Notes: generated by a model from the sequence alone, not told the origin. 55,705 nucleotides of DNA from Hyphomicrobiales bacterium (GCA_051010095.1 JBPCVX010000019.1:1-55705), one strand, 5' to 3'. Positions 1 to 8,403 are shown, numbered from the stretch's first letter. Numbers and translations: made by a program.

Positions 1-352
1 TCACACGGCTTGCTGGAAACCGCTCACGCGCCCAGTCAATCGCCGTGGCGGAAAGATCAAACGCAGTCACATCATACCCAAGCTGTGCCAAGGCTTCAGC
101 ATTGTCGCCAAGCCCACACCCAACATCAAGTGCCTTGCCCTCATAGAGATTGCCGCTGCGGCCAATCCATTCTGAAAGACCTGGATGCGGTTCAAGATCA
201 GCCCAAGGAACCGCCGCTGCATCGCCTTTTGCGTCATCATAAATCGCGTTGAAAAAGTTATCGTGATCACCGCCATGCGCAAAATCCTGCGCTAAAGCCC
301 GAACCCTGCCGCGCGCGTCATCGCGGCGGTCAGAAAAACTTTTCCCGCTCAT
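1..352 (-). CDS. class I SAM-dependent methyltransferase, N-terminal part (gene runs off the left edge)
   Basis: The minus-strand frame is open from the ATG at 352 to the window edge. It is absent from the ORF track because no stop lies inside the window. Translation MSGKSFSDRRDDARGRV...GKALDVGCGLGDNAEALAQLGYDVTAFDLS carries the glycine-rich SAM-binding motif I (LDVGCGxG) followed by an acidic motif II. Its ATG overlaps the holC stop as ATGA. Confidence 0.6.
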   Translation of the reverse strand, partial: MSGKSFSDRRDDARGRVRALAQDFAHGGDHDNFFNAIYDDAKGDAAAVPWADLEPHPGLSEWIGRSGNLYEGKALDVGCGLGDNAEALAQLGYDVTAFDLSATAIDWARERFPASRV

Positions 353-798
353 GCCTTCTTCTCCCAACCACCTGCTTCATTTTGCTGCCAGTAAGTGGCT
401 TCAAGCCCTGCCGACTTAATGGCTTTCCAGCGTGCCCGCGCTAGGTCCAACGCTTGCTCGTCATGCCCGTCGAACATAAATACAGCACGCTCATAGCCCT
501 CAAAATCCTCACCATCAGCGCCATCCACAAAAAAACGAATATGCGCCTTGTTTGGATTTACCTCCTCTTGCGTCAAATAGATCGGTTGCTTGTCTTCATG
601 GCCATCATCTGCCGTGCCATGGGGCAAGAATCCGTGATCTGTATAGGTCCACAAGTGGGCGTTCAGCGCTTCAGCGCGCTCGCGTGATCCGGTTTGCACT
701 ACGGCACGCCAGCCGCGTTGTAACGTTTTCTCTAAAAGTAGCGGTAACACCCGTTCCAGGGGCTGGCGTTCCAGATGATAGAATAAGATTTCCGTCAT
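349..798 (-). CDS. holC: DNA polymerase III subunit chi
   Basis: 149 aa. The N-terminus MTEILFYHLERQPLERVLPLLLEKTLQRGWRAVVQTGSRERAEALNAHLWTY matches the characteristic chi-subunit pattern (FYHL...LL.K....G.R.vv). Confidence 0.85.
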   Translation of the reverse strand: MTEILFYHLERQPLERVLPLLLEKTLQRGWRAVVQTGSRERAEALNAHLWTYTDHGFLPHGTADDGHEDKQPIYLTQEEVNPNKAHIRFFVDGADGEDFEGYERAVFMFDGHDEQALDLARARWKAIKSAGLEATYWQQNEAGGWEKKA

Positions 799-1205
799 GA
801 GCTCTTTTCAGCTTCAAATTCCGGGTCGACAGGAAGTTGCAAGGCCTGCGCCAATTGATTGGTTTTTGCAGCCAGGGAAATCACCCGCAACAGGTCTGCA
901 TATTGCGCATCATCCATGCCCTTTGCACGCGCAGATGCTGTGTGGGAGTGCACGCAATACTCGCAACCATTCACCACTGATACAGCAACATAGATGAGTT
1001 CTTTTGTCAGCGGGTCAAGCGCGGAGGGTTTCGCCATAACCTCCTTCACATCACGCCAGGTTTGTTCCAGCAATTCGGGATCAAACGCAAGATAACGCCA
1101 TATATTATTGATGAAGTCGCTGCCACGTGTATTCCGGATATCATCAAATACCGCTTTGACACGTGGATTGGTCTCTGGATTTTGCGGCGGCACAAGCGTT
1201 GACAT
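795..1205 (-). CDS. carboxymuconolactone decarboxylase / AhpD-like family protein
   Basis: 136 aa with an AhpD-like CxxC-H motif (NGCEYCVHSH). Its stop overlaps the holC start by 4 nt. Confidence 0.75.
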   Translation of the reverse strand: MSTLVPPQNPETNPRVKAVFDDIRNTRGSDFINNIWRYLAFDPELLEQTWRDVKEVMAKPSALDPLTKELIYVAVSVVNGCEYCVHSHTASARAKGMDDAQYADLLRVISLAAKTNQLAQALQLPVDPEFEAEKSS

Positions 1206-1342
1206 AACAGCGACACCTTCTCAATTGGATTTAGAAAACTATGGCCGAAGCGCGTGAGAGGCTCAAGGCAATTTGACGGAAATATATATTGCATCGGCAC
1301 AATTTTCTTTTCATGCCCTAAAAACTATGTCACCGCTGAGGG

Positions 1343-2260
1343 ATGAGCACCGAGGCACAAAAACAAGCAACAACTGACCGTATCGGCCTTGGCCTTGCGG
1401 CCATGTTTGTCTCGGTCGCGGTATTTGCCTTTATGGATATGACGGCTAAATGGCTCACCATGGCGGGATATAACCCACTGCAAGTTGTGTTCATGCGCTA
1501 TGTGATTGCGCTGTTGCCTCTTGGGATTTTGGTTTTGTTTATTGAGCGCGCGAAATTTACAACCTCGCGCCTAAAGCTCATTGCATTGCGCGGAGCATTA
1601 ATGGCGTTTACGCTCACGCTCTTCTTTTGGGGACTTCGCGATCTTCCTTTAGCTGAGGCCATCGCGGTTGTGTTCACAGCGCCGCTCTTTGTCACTGCAC
1701 TGTCTGGTCCCGTTTTAGGCGAAAAGGTTGGGCCACAACGTTGGGCAGGTGTTGCATTGGGCTTCATTGGCATGCTCATTATCGTGCGGCCCGGTTCGGC
1801 CGCATTCCAGCTGCCCTCACTTATTATTCTGTGCTCGGCGTTCACGTTTGCCTTTACCGTGTTTCTTACGCGCGCACTCACGCGCACCGAGAGCAATCTG
1901 GTTATCTACACCTACACCACCTTGTCAGCGACTATTGCCACTGCAATCTTGCAGCCTTTGATATGGAAAACGCCTGAGCTTGAGCACCTGCCTTGGTTTG
2001 TAATGATGGGTCTGGTGGGTGGATTATCTTCCTATCTCATCATTGTTGCGTATCGAAATGCACCGGTGGCTGTTGTGGCCCCGCTCGATTATATCGCGCT
2101 GTTGTGGGGTGCACTTTATGGTTGGCTGATCTGGCGCGAAAAGCCCGATAGCATGGTGTGGCTGGGGGCTGCGATTATTGTTGTTTCTGGTCTCTTCATC
2201 ACGTGGCGTGAAACGCGCAAAATTAAGCCGCCGCCAATGCAAAAATCGCCTGCTGGTTAA
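1343..2260 (+). CDS. DMT superfamily (EamA-like) transporter
   Basis: 305 aa and strongly hydrophobic, with about 10 predicted TM segments arranged as two EamA-like halves. Confidence 0.8.
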   Translation: MSTEAQKQATTDRIGLGLAAMFVSVAVFAFMDMTAKWLTMAGYNPLQVVFMRYVIALLPLGILVLFIERAKFTTSRLKLIALRGALMAFTLTLFFWGLRDLPLAEAIAVVFTAPLFVTALSGPVLGEKVGPQRWAGVALGFIGMLIIVRPGSAAFQLPSLIILCSAFTFAFTVFLTRALTRTESNLVIYTYTTLSATIATAILQPLIWKTPELEHLPWFVMMGLVGGLSSYLIIVAYRNAPVAVVAPLDYIALLWGALYGWLIWREKPDSMVWLGAAIIVVSGLFITWRETRKIKPPPMQKSPAG

Positions 2261-2266
2261 AGTGAC

Positions 2267-4312
2267 TTAACCACGCCGGCGTCTGCGGCGGCGTCCACCA
2301 CCTTCACCATCATCATCGTGCACAAAGCTTACTTCTTTTAGCGCCGGCAGGGTAACCACCTTGGCGAGATTCGGAAACGGTGCGGTTTTGTGCGGAAAGG
2401 CCATCGCTTCAACAAAATGCTCTTGGAACTTTGGTTCCACAGCCGTTTCTACCTTTTCGATGGCGCGCACAAGCTCTTCGATTTCATCACGGGCACCAGA
2501 ATTGAGCAAAGCAATACGCGCGCCTGTTCCAGCTGCATTGCCGGCAGACTGAACCTTATCCAACACACAATCGGGAATGAGCCCCAAAACCATAGCGTAT
2601 TTCACATCGATATGGCTGCCAAACGCACCCGCCAGACGAATACGCTCAACTTCATCAATACCCATATTATCCATCAAAAGCCTGATGCCTGCATAAAGAG
2701 CGGCCTTGGCAAGCTGTATGGCGCGCACGTCGTTTTGCGTAACTGTAATCACTGGCTCACCATCATGCAAAAGATAGGAGAAGGTGCGGCCATCTTGAAT
2801 GATGCGGGATGATTTTGCCGCCAATGCGCCGTCAACGACACCGTCTTGATTGACGATCCCGGTCAAATACATCTCAGCCAGCACTTCAATAATTCCAGAG
2901 CCACATATGCCCGTAACACCAGAGCCCTGGGTGGCTTCCGCGAAACCTGGCTCGTCAGACCACAAATCACTGCCGATTACCTGGAACTTCGGTTCCAATG
3001 TTTCTGGATCAATCCGCACCCGCTCGATCGCACCGGGGGCCGCCCTCTGACCCGATGATATTTGTGCCCCTTCGAAAGCTGGTCCCGTAGGCGAGGAGCA
3101 TGCGAGCATCTTGGATTTGTTGCCAAGGATAATTTCTGCGTTGGTTCCCACATCGACGATCAACGTCATTTCATCAGAAAGGTGTGCACCTTCCGAAAGC
3201 GCAACTGCTGCTGCATCAGCACCCACATGGCCCGCTATGCACGGCAACACATAGACATGCGCGCCGCCATGCAGCTTGAGATCAAGCTCGCGCGCAGGCC
3301 GTGTTATGGCCATACCTGTTGCAAGCGCAAATGGCGCGCCGCCAAGTTCTGTAGGATCAATACCCAGCACCAGATGATGCATCACCGGGTTGCCAACAAG
3401 TACTGCCTCCAGAATGTTATCTGGATTGATACCAGCTTCAACCGCAACTTGATTGGCAAGTACATTGATGGCATCGCGCACCGCAGACGTCATCTCTGCA
3501 TCGCCGCCCGGGTTCATCATTACATACGAAACGCGGCTCATCAGGTCTTCACCAAAACGGATCTGCGGATTCATTAATCCTGATGAAGCCAATACTTCGC
3601 CGTCGGAGAGATTGCACAAATGGGCTGCAATGGTCGTGGAACCAATATCAATCGCCAAGCCATATGCGCGATCGTGGAAGCCAGGCCAAATTCCGGTTAT
3701 TTGCGATGCTCCACCGGGCAGCCTGTTATGCACGGCAACGGTTATCTTCCAGTCACCATCGCGCAATACGCCTTGCAGTTCTGATAGAATGCGCATGTCA
3801 CACGTGACATTCTCGATATGCCATTGGCTGGTCAGAGCTTCGTAAACCCTTTCCAAGTCAGATGAGGGTTTGTGCATATCCGGCTCTTCAACGTCCAGAT
3901 AGTAAAGCCTGGTCACCGGATCAAGTTCTATGGCGCGGGTCTCTGCGCGCTTGCGGACAACTTGTTTATGAACCTGACTTTCCGGAGGCACGTCGATAAC
4001 GACATCGCCTTCAAGTTTTGCCTGGCAGGATAAACGCCGACCATTTGCAAGACCGCGTTTTTCGTCATACCGGATTTCGACTTTTGAGAGCTCGGTCAGA
4101 GATTTTGCAGAAGACGTAATGCCATGTTTGGCGAATTCGCCGGTACCAACATTTATCTGGCATCGCCCACATATGGCACGTCCACCGCAGACTGAATCAA
4201 TATCCACACCGAGCGCGCGGGCCGCCGATAGCAGCGGCGTACCCAAAGGAAATCGGCCCCGCTTACCAGAAGGTGTAAAAACAACGAGCGCTTCTTTGCC
4301 ATCAGACCCCAT
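2267..4312 (-). CDS. RACo-like corrinoid reductive activase (N-terminal 2Fe-2S ferredoxin plus ASKHA/DUF4445 ATPase domain)
   Basis: 681 aa. It has a plant-type ferredoxin cysteine pattern (CGGRAICGRCQ ... LSCQA), then ASKHA phosphate motifs (GLAIDIGSTT, IVDVGTNAEI). The C-terminus ends DDDGEGGGRRRRRRRG. Confidence 0.8.
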   Translation of the reverse strand: MGSDGKEALVVFTPSGKRGRFPLGTPLLSAARALGVDIDSVCGGRAICGRCQINVGTGEFAKHGITSSAKSLTELSKVEIRYDEKRGLANGRRLSCQAKLEGDVVIDVPPESQVHKQVVRKRAETRAIELDPVTRLYYLDVEEPDMHKPSSDLERVYEALTSQWHIENVTCDMRILSELQGVLRDGDWKITVAVHNRLPGGASQITGIWPGFHDRAYGLAIDIGSTTIAAHLCNLSDGEVLASSGLMNPQIRFGEDLMSRVSYVMMNPGGDAEMTSAVRDAINVLANQVAVEAGINPDNILEAVLVGNPVMHHLVLGIDPTELGGAPFALATGMAITRPARELDLKLHGGAHVYVLPCIAGHVGADAAAVALSEGAHLSDEMTLIVDVGTNAEIILGNKSKMLACSSPTGPAFEGAQISSGQRAAPGAIERVRIDPETLEPKFQVIGSDLWSDEPGFAEATQGSGVTGICGSGIIEVLAEMYLTGIVNQDGVVDGALAAKSSRIIQDGRTFSYLLHDGEPVITVTQNDVRAIQLAKAALYAGIRLLMDNMGIDEVERIRLAGAFGSHIDVKYAMVLGLIPDCVLDKVQSAGNAAGTGARIALLNSGARDEIEELVRAIEKVETAVEPKFQEHFVEAMAFPHKTAPFPNLAKVVTLPALKEVSFVHDDDGEGGGRRRRRRRG

Positions 4313-4320
4313 TGCGCTTC

Positions 4321-5235
4321 CTAGGACGCCCTGCGACGGCGGCGTCCTTCGCGACGCCCACGGGCGCCAGGCTGCGCTTCCCCTTCAGGTGCAGGTTCGC
4401 GGAATTTGCGCACCCAAACCCGGCAATCAGGATCAAGACCATTCAAGGTGTTTGCGGCATAGATCGCATGCATATCTTCGTCATGCAGCGGGTTCATAAT
4501 GGCCGAAGTCATGCCATGGCCAGCGGCCATTGCCAGGAAGTGGCCTGTGAGCGCACGGCGGTTCGGCATGCCAAAAGCAATGTTCGATGCGCCACATGTT
4601 GTGTTCACTTTCAGCTCTTTGGTAAGCCTGTGCAAAAGCGAAAACACCTGACGGCCAGCGGTGTTCATAGCGCCAATAGGCATCACCAACGGATCAACCA
4701 CCACGTCTTCGGCCTTAATGCCGTAATCAGCAGCACGTTCAACGATCTTTTTAGCCACTTCAAAGCGCACGTCCGGGTCTTCGGAAATTCCCGTCTCATC
4801 GTTTGAGATTGCGACGACGGCACAATCGTATTTTTTCACCAATGGAAGCACCCGATCCAGGCTTTCATCTTCACCGGTGACGGAATTCACCAACGGACGC
4901 CCTTTGACGACGGACAGGCCTTTTTCCAAAGCATCGATGATCGAAGAATCAATACAAATCGGTGCATCCACGAGGCTTTGAACCAACTCAATGCTGTCGG
5001 CCAGGATCTGCGGCTCATCGGCCAGTGGAATGCCCGCATTCACATCAAGCACCGTCGCACCAGCCGCCACTTGGGCGAGGGCATCAGCGCGCACACGCTC
5101 ATAGTTGCCCTCTTTCATTTCAGCCGCGAGTAACTTGCGGCCCGTGGGGTTGATGCGCTCGCCAATCACGCAGAAGGGTTGATCATATCCGATAACCACT
5201 TCTTTGGTGGCCGAAGCCAATACGGTTCTTGTCAT
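4321..5235 (-). CDS. pterin-binding methyltransferase (methyl-corrinoid:tetrahydrofolate methyltransferase, MeTr/AcsE/CmuB-like)
   Basis: 304 aa with a MetH-type pterin-binding signature (VIGERINPTGRKLL...VLDVNAG). Its stop codon ends 8 nt upstream of the RACo-like start. The C-terminus ends GRREGRRRRRAS. Confidence 0.8.
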   Translation of the reverse strand: MTRTVLASATKEVVIGYDQPFCVIGERINPTGRKLLAAEMKEGNYERVRADALAQVAAGATVLDVNAGIPLADEPQILADSIELVQSLVDAPICIDSSIIDALEKGLSVVKGRPLVNSVTGEDESLDRVLPLVKKYDCAVVAISNDETGISEDPDVRFEVAKKIVERAADYGIKAEDVVVDPLVMPIGAMNTAGRQVFSLLHRLTKELKVNTTCGASNIAFGMPNRRALTGHFLAMAAGHGMTSAIMNPLHDEDMHAIYAANTLNGLDPDCRVWVRKFREPAPEGEAQPGARGRREGRRRRRAS

Positions 5236-5249
5236 AGACGTGCTCTTTC

Positions 5250-5549
5250 CTAAGAAGCGGCGTGGCCGCCATTGTTAATCAGGTCCTTGACCCGCTCTTG
5301 TGTGAATTCTTCTTCCAGGCGTTTGGCCGTTTCATCAGCGATTTGGGCAAGATCGCCCTCAACAGATGACACATCGCGGCGCCACTCTTCAAGATAGGCA
5401 TCCGTCTCCGACGCGCCTGAACGCATGGCCGCCATATCGATGGCCTGTTCGAAGCGCTCATCAAGCTTTCGCGATTCCTTTGTGCGGCCTATCTTAACAA
5501 TGACCTGGGCTGGAATATCACGCCAATATACGACGGTTAGCTGTGCCAT
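5250..5549 (-). CDS. small acidic protein of unknown function (so-called virulence-factor domain family)
   Basis: The ORF track starts it at a GTG (5561). The ATG at 5549 is preceded by GAGG with a 6-nt spacer and gives MAQLTVVYWRDIPAQVIVK..., 99 aa. The gene is wedged between metF and the pterin-binding methyltransferase. Confidence 0.6.
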   Translation of the reverse strand: MAQLTVVYWRDIPAQVIVKIGRTKESRKLDERFEQAIDMAAMRSGASETDAYLEEWRRDVSSVEGDLAQIADETAKRLEEEFTQERVKDLINNGGHAAS

Positions 5550-5652
5550 AGAAAACCTCACTTCTTCCTGAAGTGTTTATGGCCAGTCTGAAGGGGTGCC
5601 GATCAATTGCCAGCGACACAGACGTGCCCGTTTACGACGCTGCATAAGCGGC

Positions 5653-6561
5653 TTAGGCCGCGCTTTTTGCTTCAAGTGAAGGCGACAGCCCCAAACTGCG
5701 GCAAACTGTGGTCGCAAGTGCTGACTTGTTAAGAGTGAAGAAGTGGAAATCTTCAATACCTTCTGCAGCCAGTTCCAACACCTGTTCAACGGCCACACTT
5801 ACAGCCATCAACCGGTGTGCATCAGGATCATTCTCAAGCCCTTCAAAACGCGCATGCAGCCATTCAGGCAAGGTTGCACCACACATTGCGGCAAATTTCT
5901 TGACTTTCTCAAAGTCATGAATAAGCAAAATGCCTGGCACGATCGGCGCCTCAATGCCTGCAGCTTGAGTATCATCCAACAGCGTAAAATAATCTTCATT
6001 ATCAAAGAAGAACTGCGTGATAGCACGATTGGCGCCTGCGTCTATCTTGGCCTTAAGGTTATATATATCGGCCGCGCGCGAGGGAGCATCTGGGTGGGTT
6101 TCGGGATATGCGGCAACCGAAATGTCAAAGTCAGCGATTGAGGAGATACCTGCCACCAGGTCCGCTGCATTTAAATATCCGCCTGGATGCGGGGCGTAGG
6201 GTTGATCCCCGGGAGCGTCGCCCCGCAGTGCCACAATGTGACGAATACCAGCCGCCGCATATTCCCGAATTTTTTGATCTGTTTGTCGTTTCGTCGCGCC
6301 AGCGCATGTCAAATGGGCCGCAACGTTAATATCTCCCGCTTCGCGCAATGTGCGGATGGCCTCGAATGAACGGTCGTTTCCCGTTCCACCTGCGCCGTAG
6401 GTCACAGAAACAAACTCTGGCTCAAATGAAACCAATTCATTTGCGGTTTTCAACAAAGACGCCACAGCCTTGTCGCTGGTAGGTGGGAAGAATTCAAAGC
6501 TCACTTTAATTCCCGAAGCCCGTTGTCCGTTTTGCCAGACGCGATCAGAAAGAATTGTCAT
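5653..6561 (-). CDS. metF: methylenetetrahydrofolate reductase
   Basis: 302 aa with MetF hallmarks (SFEFFPP...VSVTYGAGG...HLTC...NIVALRGD...FFFD). Confidence 0.9.
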   Translation of the reverse strand: MTILSDRVWQNGQRASGIKVSFEFFPPTSDKAVASLLKTANELVSFEPEFVSVTYGAGGTGNDRSFEAIRTLREAGDINVAAHLTCAGATKRQTDQKIREYAAAGIRHIVALRGDAPGDQPYAPHPGGYLNAADLVAGISSIADFDISVAAYPETHPDAPSRAADIYNLKAKIDAGANRAITQFFFDNEDYFTLLDDTQAAGIEAPIVPGILLIHDFEKVKKFAAMCGATLPEWLHARFEGLENDPDAHRLMAVSVAVEQVLELAAEGIEDFHFFTLNKSALATTVCRSLGLSPSLEAKSAA

Positions 6562-6787
6562 TACCTTGCTCCATAAAGTAATATAAATTTTTGTTTATAT
6601 AAATATTTCTTTATGTCGTTGTCAATTATAAAAATGTCGTTTTTTGACTCGTTTGTTATCGAGACGAAGAAAAATTCCGCATTTAGGTCGCATCTGGCAG
6701 AAAATAGGCGTTTCAAAACGCTCGCACCGCTCACCATGGGTGAATAAAGACGCCAGTGAGTTGGAACCTCTGGGGAGGAAAATAGAT

Positions 6788-8347
6788 ATGGCTGAAGCAG
6801 AAGCACGTGAAAAACGCCGTTCGCGACGCGGTGGCGGAGGTGGCGCAGAAGCCCGCCGGGCAATGCGCACATCAGGTGCAGTAAAACAATTGAGCTATAT
6901 CAAGCGCACCTTGCCTGAGTACGAAGTTATTGGTGAAGAGGGCTTGAGCCTCATCGAGGCAAATGCCGATAAGATACTTGAAGAAATTGGTATCGAATTT
7001 CGCGACGACGCAGAAGCGCTTACCATGTGGAAAGACGCAGGCGCCGATGTGAAAGGCGAGCGCGTCCATTTCCCTAAAGGCCTGGTGCGGGATTTACTGA
7101 AAACGGCACCTAAGCAGTTTACCCAGCATGCCCGCAATCGGGAACGCTCAGTGGAGATTGGCGGCAAGAACACGGTTTTCGCACCCGTATATGGCCCTCC
7201 CTTTGTGCACGATCTCGACAAGGGCCGCCGTTATGCAACGATCGAAGATTTCCAAAACTTTGTGAAACTGGCCTACATGTCGCCCTCCATGCACCATTCG
7301 GGCGGCACCGTGTGTGAGCCAGTGGATATTCCCGTGAATAAGCGCCATTTCGATATGGTCTACTCACACATGAAATATTCAGACAAACCGTTCATGGGTT
7401 CAGTGACCGCACCAGAGCGTGCGCAGGACACCGTTGATATGGCGAAGATCCTGTTCGGTGATGAATTCGTTGATCAAAACTGCTGCATCATCAACCTCAT
7501 TAACGCGAATTCACCAATGGTGTTTGACGACACGATGGTGGGTGCGCTGAAGGTTTATGCGCGCAACAATCAGGCTTGCGTGGTCTCGCCATTCATTCTT
7601 GCCGGTGCCATGAGCCCGGTCACGGTTACCGGCACGCTGACACAAATTCTGGCGGAAGCCTCAGTTGGCATGGCGTTTGCCCAGCTCTGTCGCCCCGGTG
7701 CACCCGTTGTGTTCGGCACATTTGCCTCATCCATGTCCATGCAATCCGGCGCCCCGACGTTTGGCACACCAGAACCTGCACTCGTTCTCTATGGTGCTGC
7801 TCAACTCGCCAGGCGCCTGGGCGTACCTTTCCGCTCTGGCGGTTCTTTATGCGGCTCCAAACTTCCCGATGCGCAAGCAGCCCATGAAAGCTCAAATACG
7901 ATCATGCCAACATTGATGGCAGGTGTGAACTTCTGCCTGCACGCTGCGGGATGGTTGGAGGGCGGGCTTGCAAGTTCTTATGAGAAATTCATCATCGATG
8001 CAGACCAACTCTCCATGTTGCAAAAGTTTGCTGAAGGTGTCGATCTGTCGGAAAATGGCCAGGCGCTCGATGCCATCGAGGAAGTGGGGCCAGGCAGCCA
8101 CTATCTGGGATCGGCCCACACCCAGCGCAATTTCGAAACCGCGTTCTGGCGTTCCGAGGTTGCAGACAACAATTCCTTCGAGCAATGGCAGGTTGATGGC
8201 GGGCTAGACACTGCCCAGCGCGCCAATGGGCTATGGAAGGCAAAGCTTGCAGCTTACGAAGCCCCTGTCCTTGATGAAGGCATTGATGACGCCCTCACTG
8301 CATTCGTTGCTGAACGCAAGGGCTCCATGGAAGACGCCTTTTCATAA
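6788..8347 (+). CDS. MttB-family (trimethylamine methyltransferase superfamily) methyltransferase, non-pyrrolysine type
   Basis: The ORF-track frame opens at 6644, but the ATG at 6788 has GGAGG 9 nt upstream. The protein (MAEAEAREKRRSRRGGGG...LPEYEVIGEEGLSLIEANADKILEEIGIEF) has the typical MttB-family N-terminal region. The frame is continuous with no in-frame UAG. Confidence 0.8.
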   Translation: MAEAEAREKRRSRRGGGGGAEARRAMRTSGAVKQLSYIKRTLPEYEVIGEEGLSLIEANADKILEEIGIEFRDDAEALTMWKDAGADVKGERVHFPKGLVRDLLKTAPKQFTQHARNRERSVEIGGKNTVFAPVYGPPFVHDLDKGRRYATIEDFQNFVKLAYMSPSMHHSGGTVCEPVDIPVNKRHFDMVYSHMKYSDKPFMGSVTAPERAQDTVDMAKILFGDEFVDQNCCIINLINANSPMVFDDTMVGALKVYARNNQACVVSPFILAGAMSPVTVTGTLTQILAEASVGMAFAQLCRPGAPVVFGTFASSMSMQSGAPTFGTPEPALVLYGAAQLARRLGVPFRSGGSLCGSKLPDAQAAHESSNTIMPTLMAGVNFCLHAAGWLEGGLASSYEKFIIDADQLSMLQKFAEGVDLSENGQALDAIEEVGPGSHYLGSAHTQRNFETAFWRSEVADNNSFEQWQVDGGLDTAQRANGLWKAKLAAYEAPVLDEGIDDALTAFVAERKGSMEDAFS

Positions 8348-8403
8348 ACCGGTTGCCCCGCTAGAGTGCGCATCCAACAACAAGATTTAGGGATGCGCAC
8401 GAC

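Noticed and set aside
10-282. Track ORFs 10..252 (+) and 67..282 (-) at the left edge
   Set aside because: Both are out of frame with a longer open minus-strand frame (1..352). That frame starts with an ATGA overlap on holC and encodes a clear SAM-binding motif, and the two ORFs have no recognisable motifs of their own.
6650-6787. Possible cobalamin riboswitch in the leader of the MttB-family gene
   Set aside because: One would be expected biologically. However, apart from a GCCAGTG that loosely resembles the B12 box, I cannot find the conserved GGGAA / GGTG / B12-box cores. The leader is also short for that class.
6561-6872. Minus-strand ORFs 6561..6872 and 6622..6870, and the 48-codon N-terminal extension (6644..6787) of the MttB ORF
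   Set aside because: They lie in the AT-rich divergent promoter region and have odd composition (for example, poly-Pro/Arg from the antisense of the Arg/Gly codons). The internal ATG at 6788 has a strong GGAGG, so the upstream in-frame stretch is probably untranslated leader.
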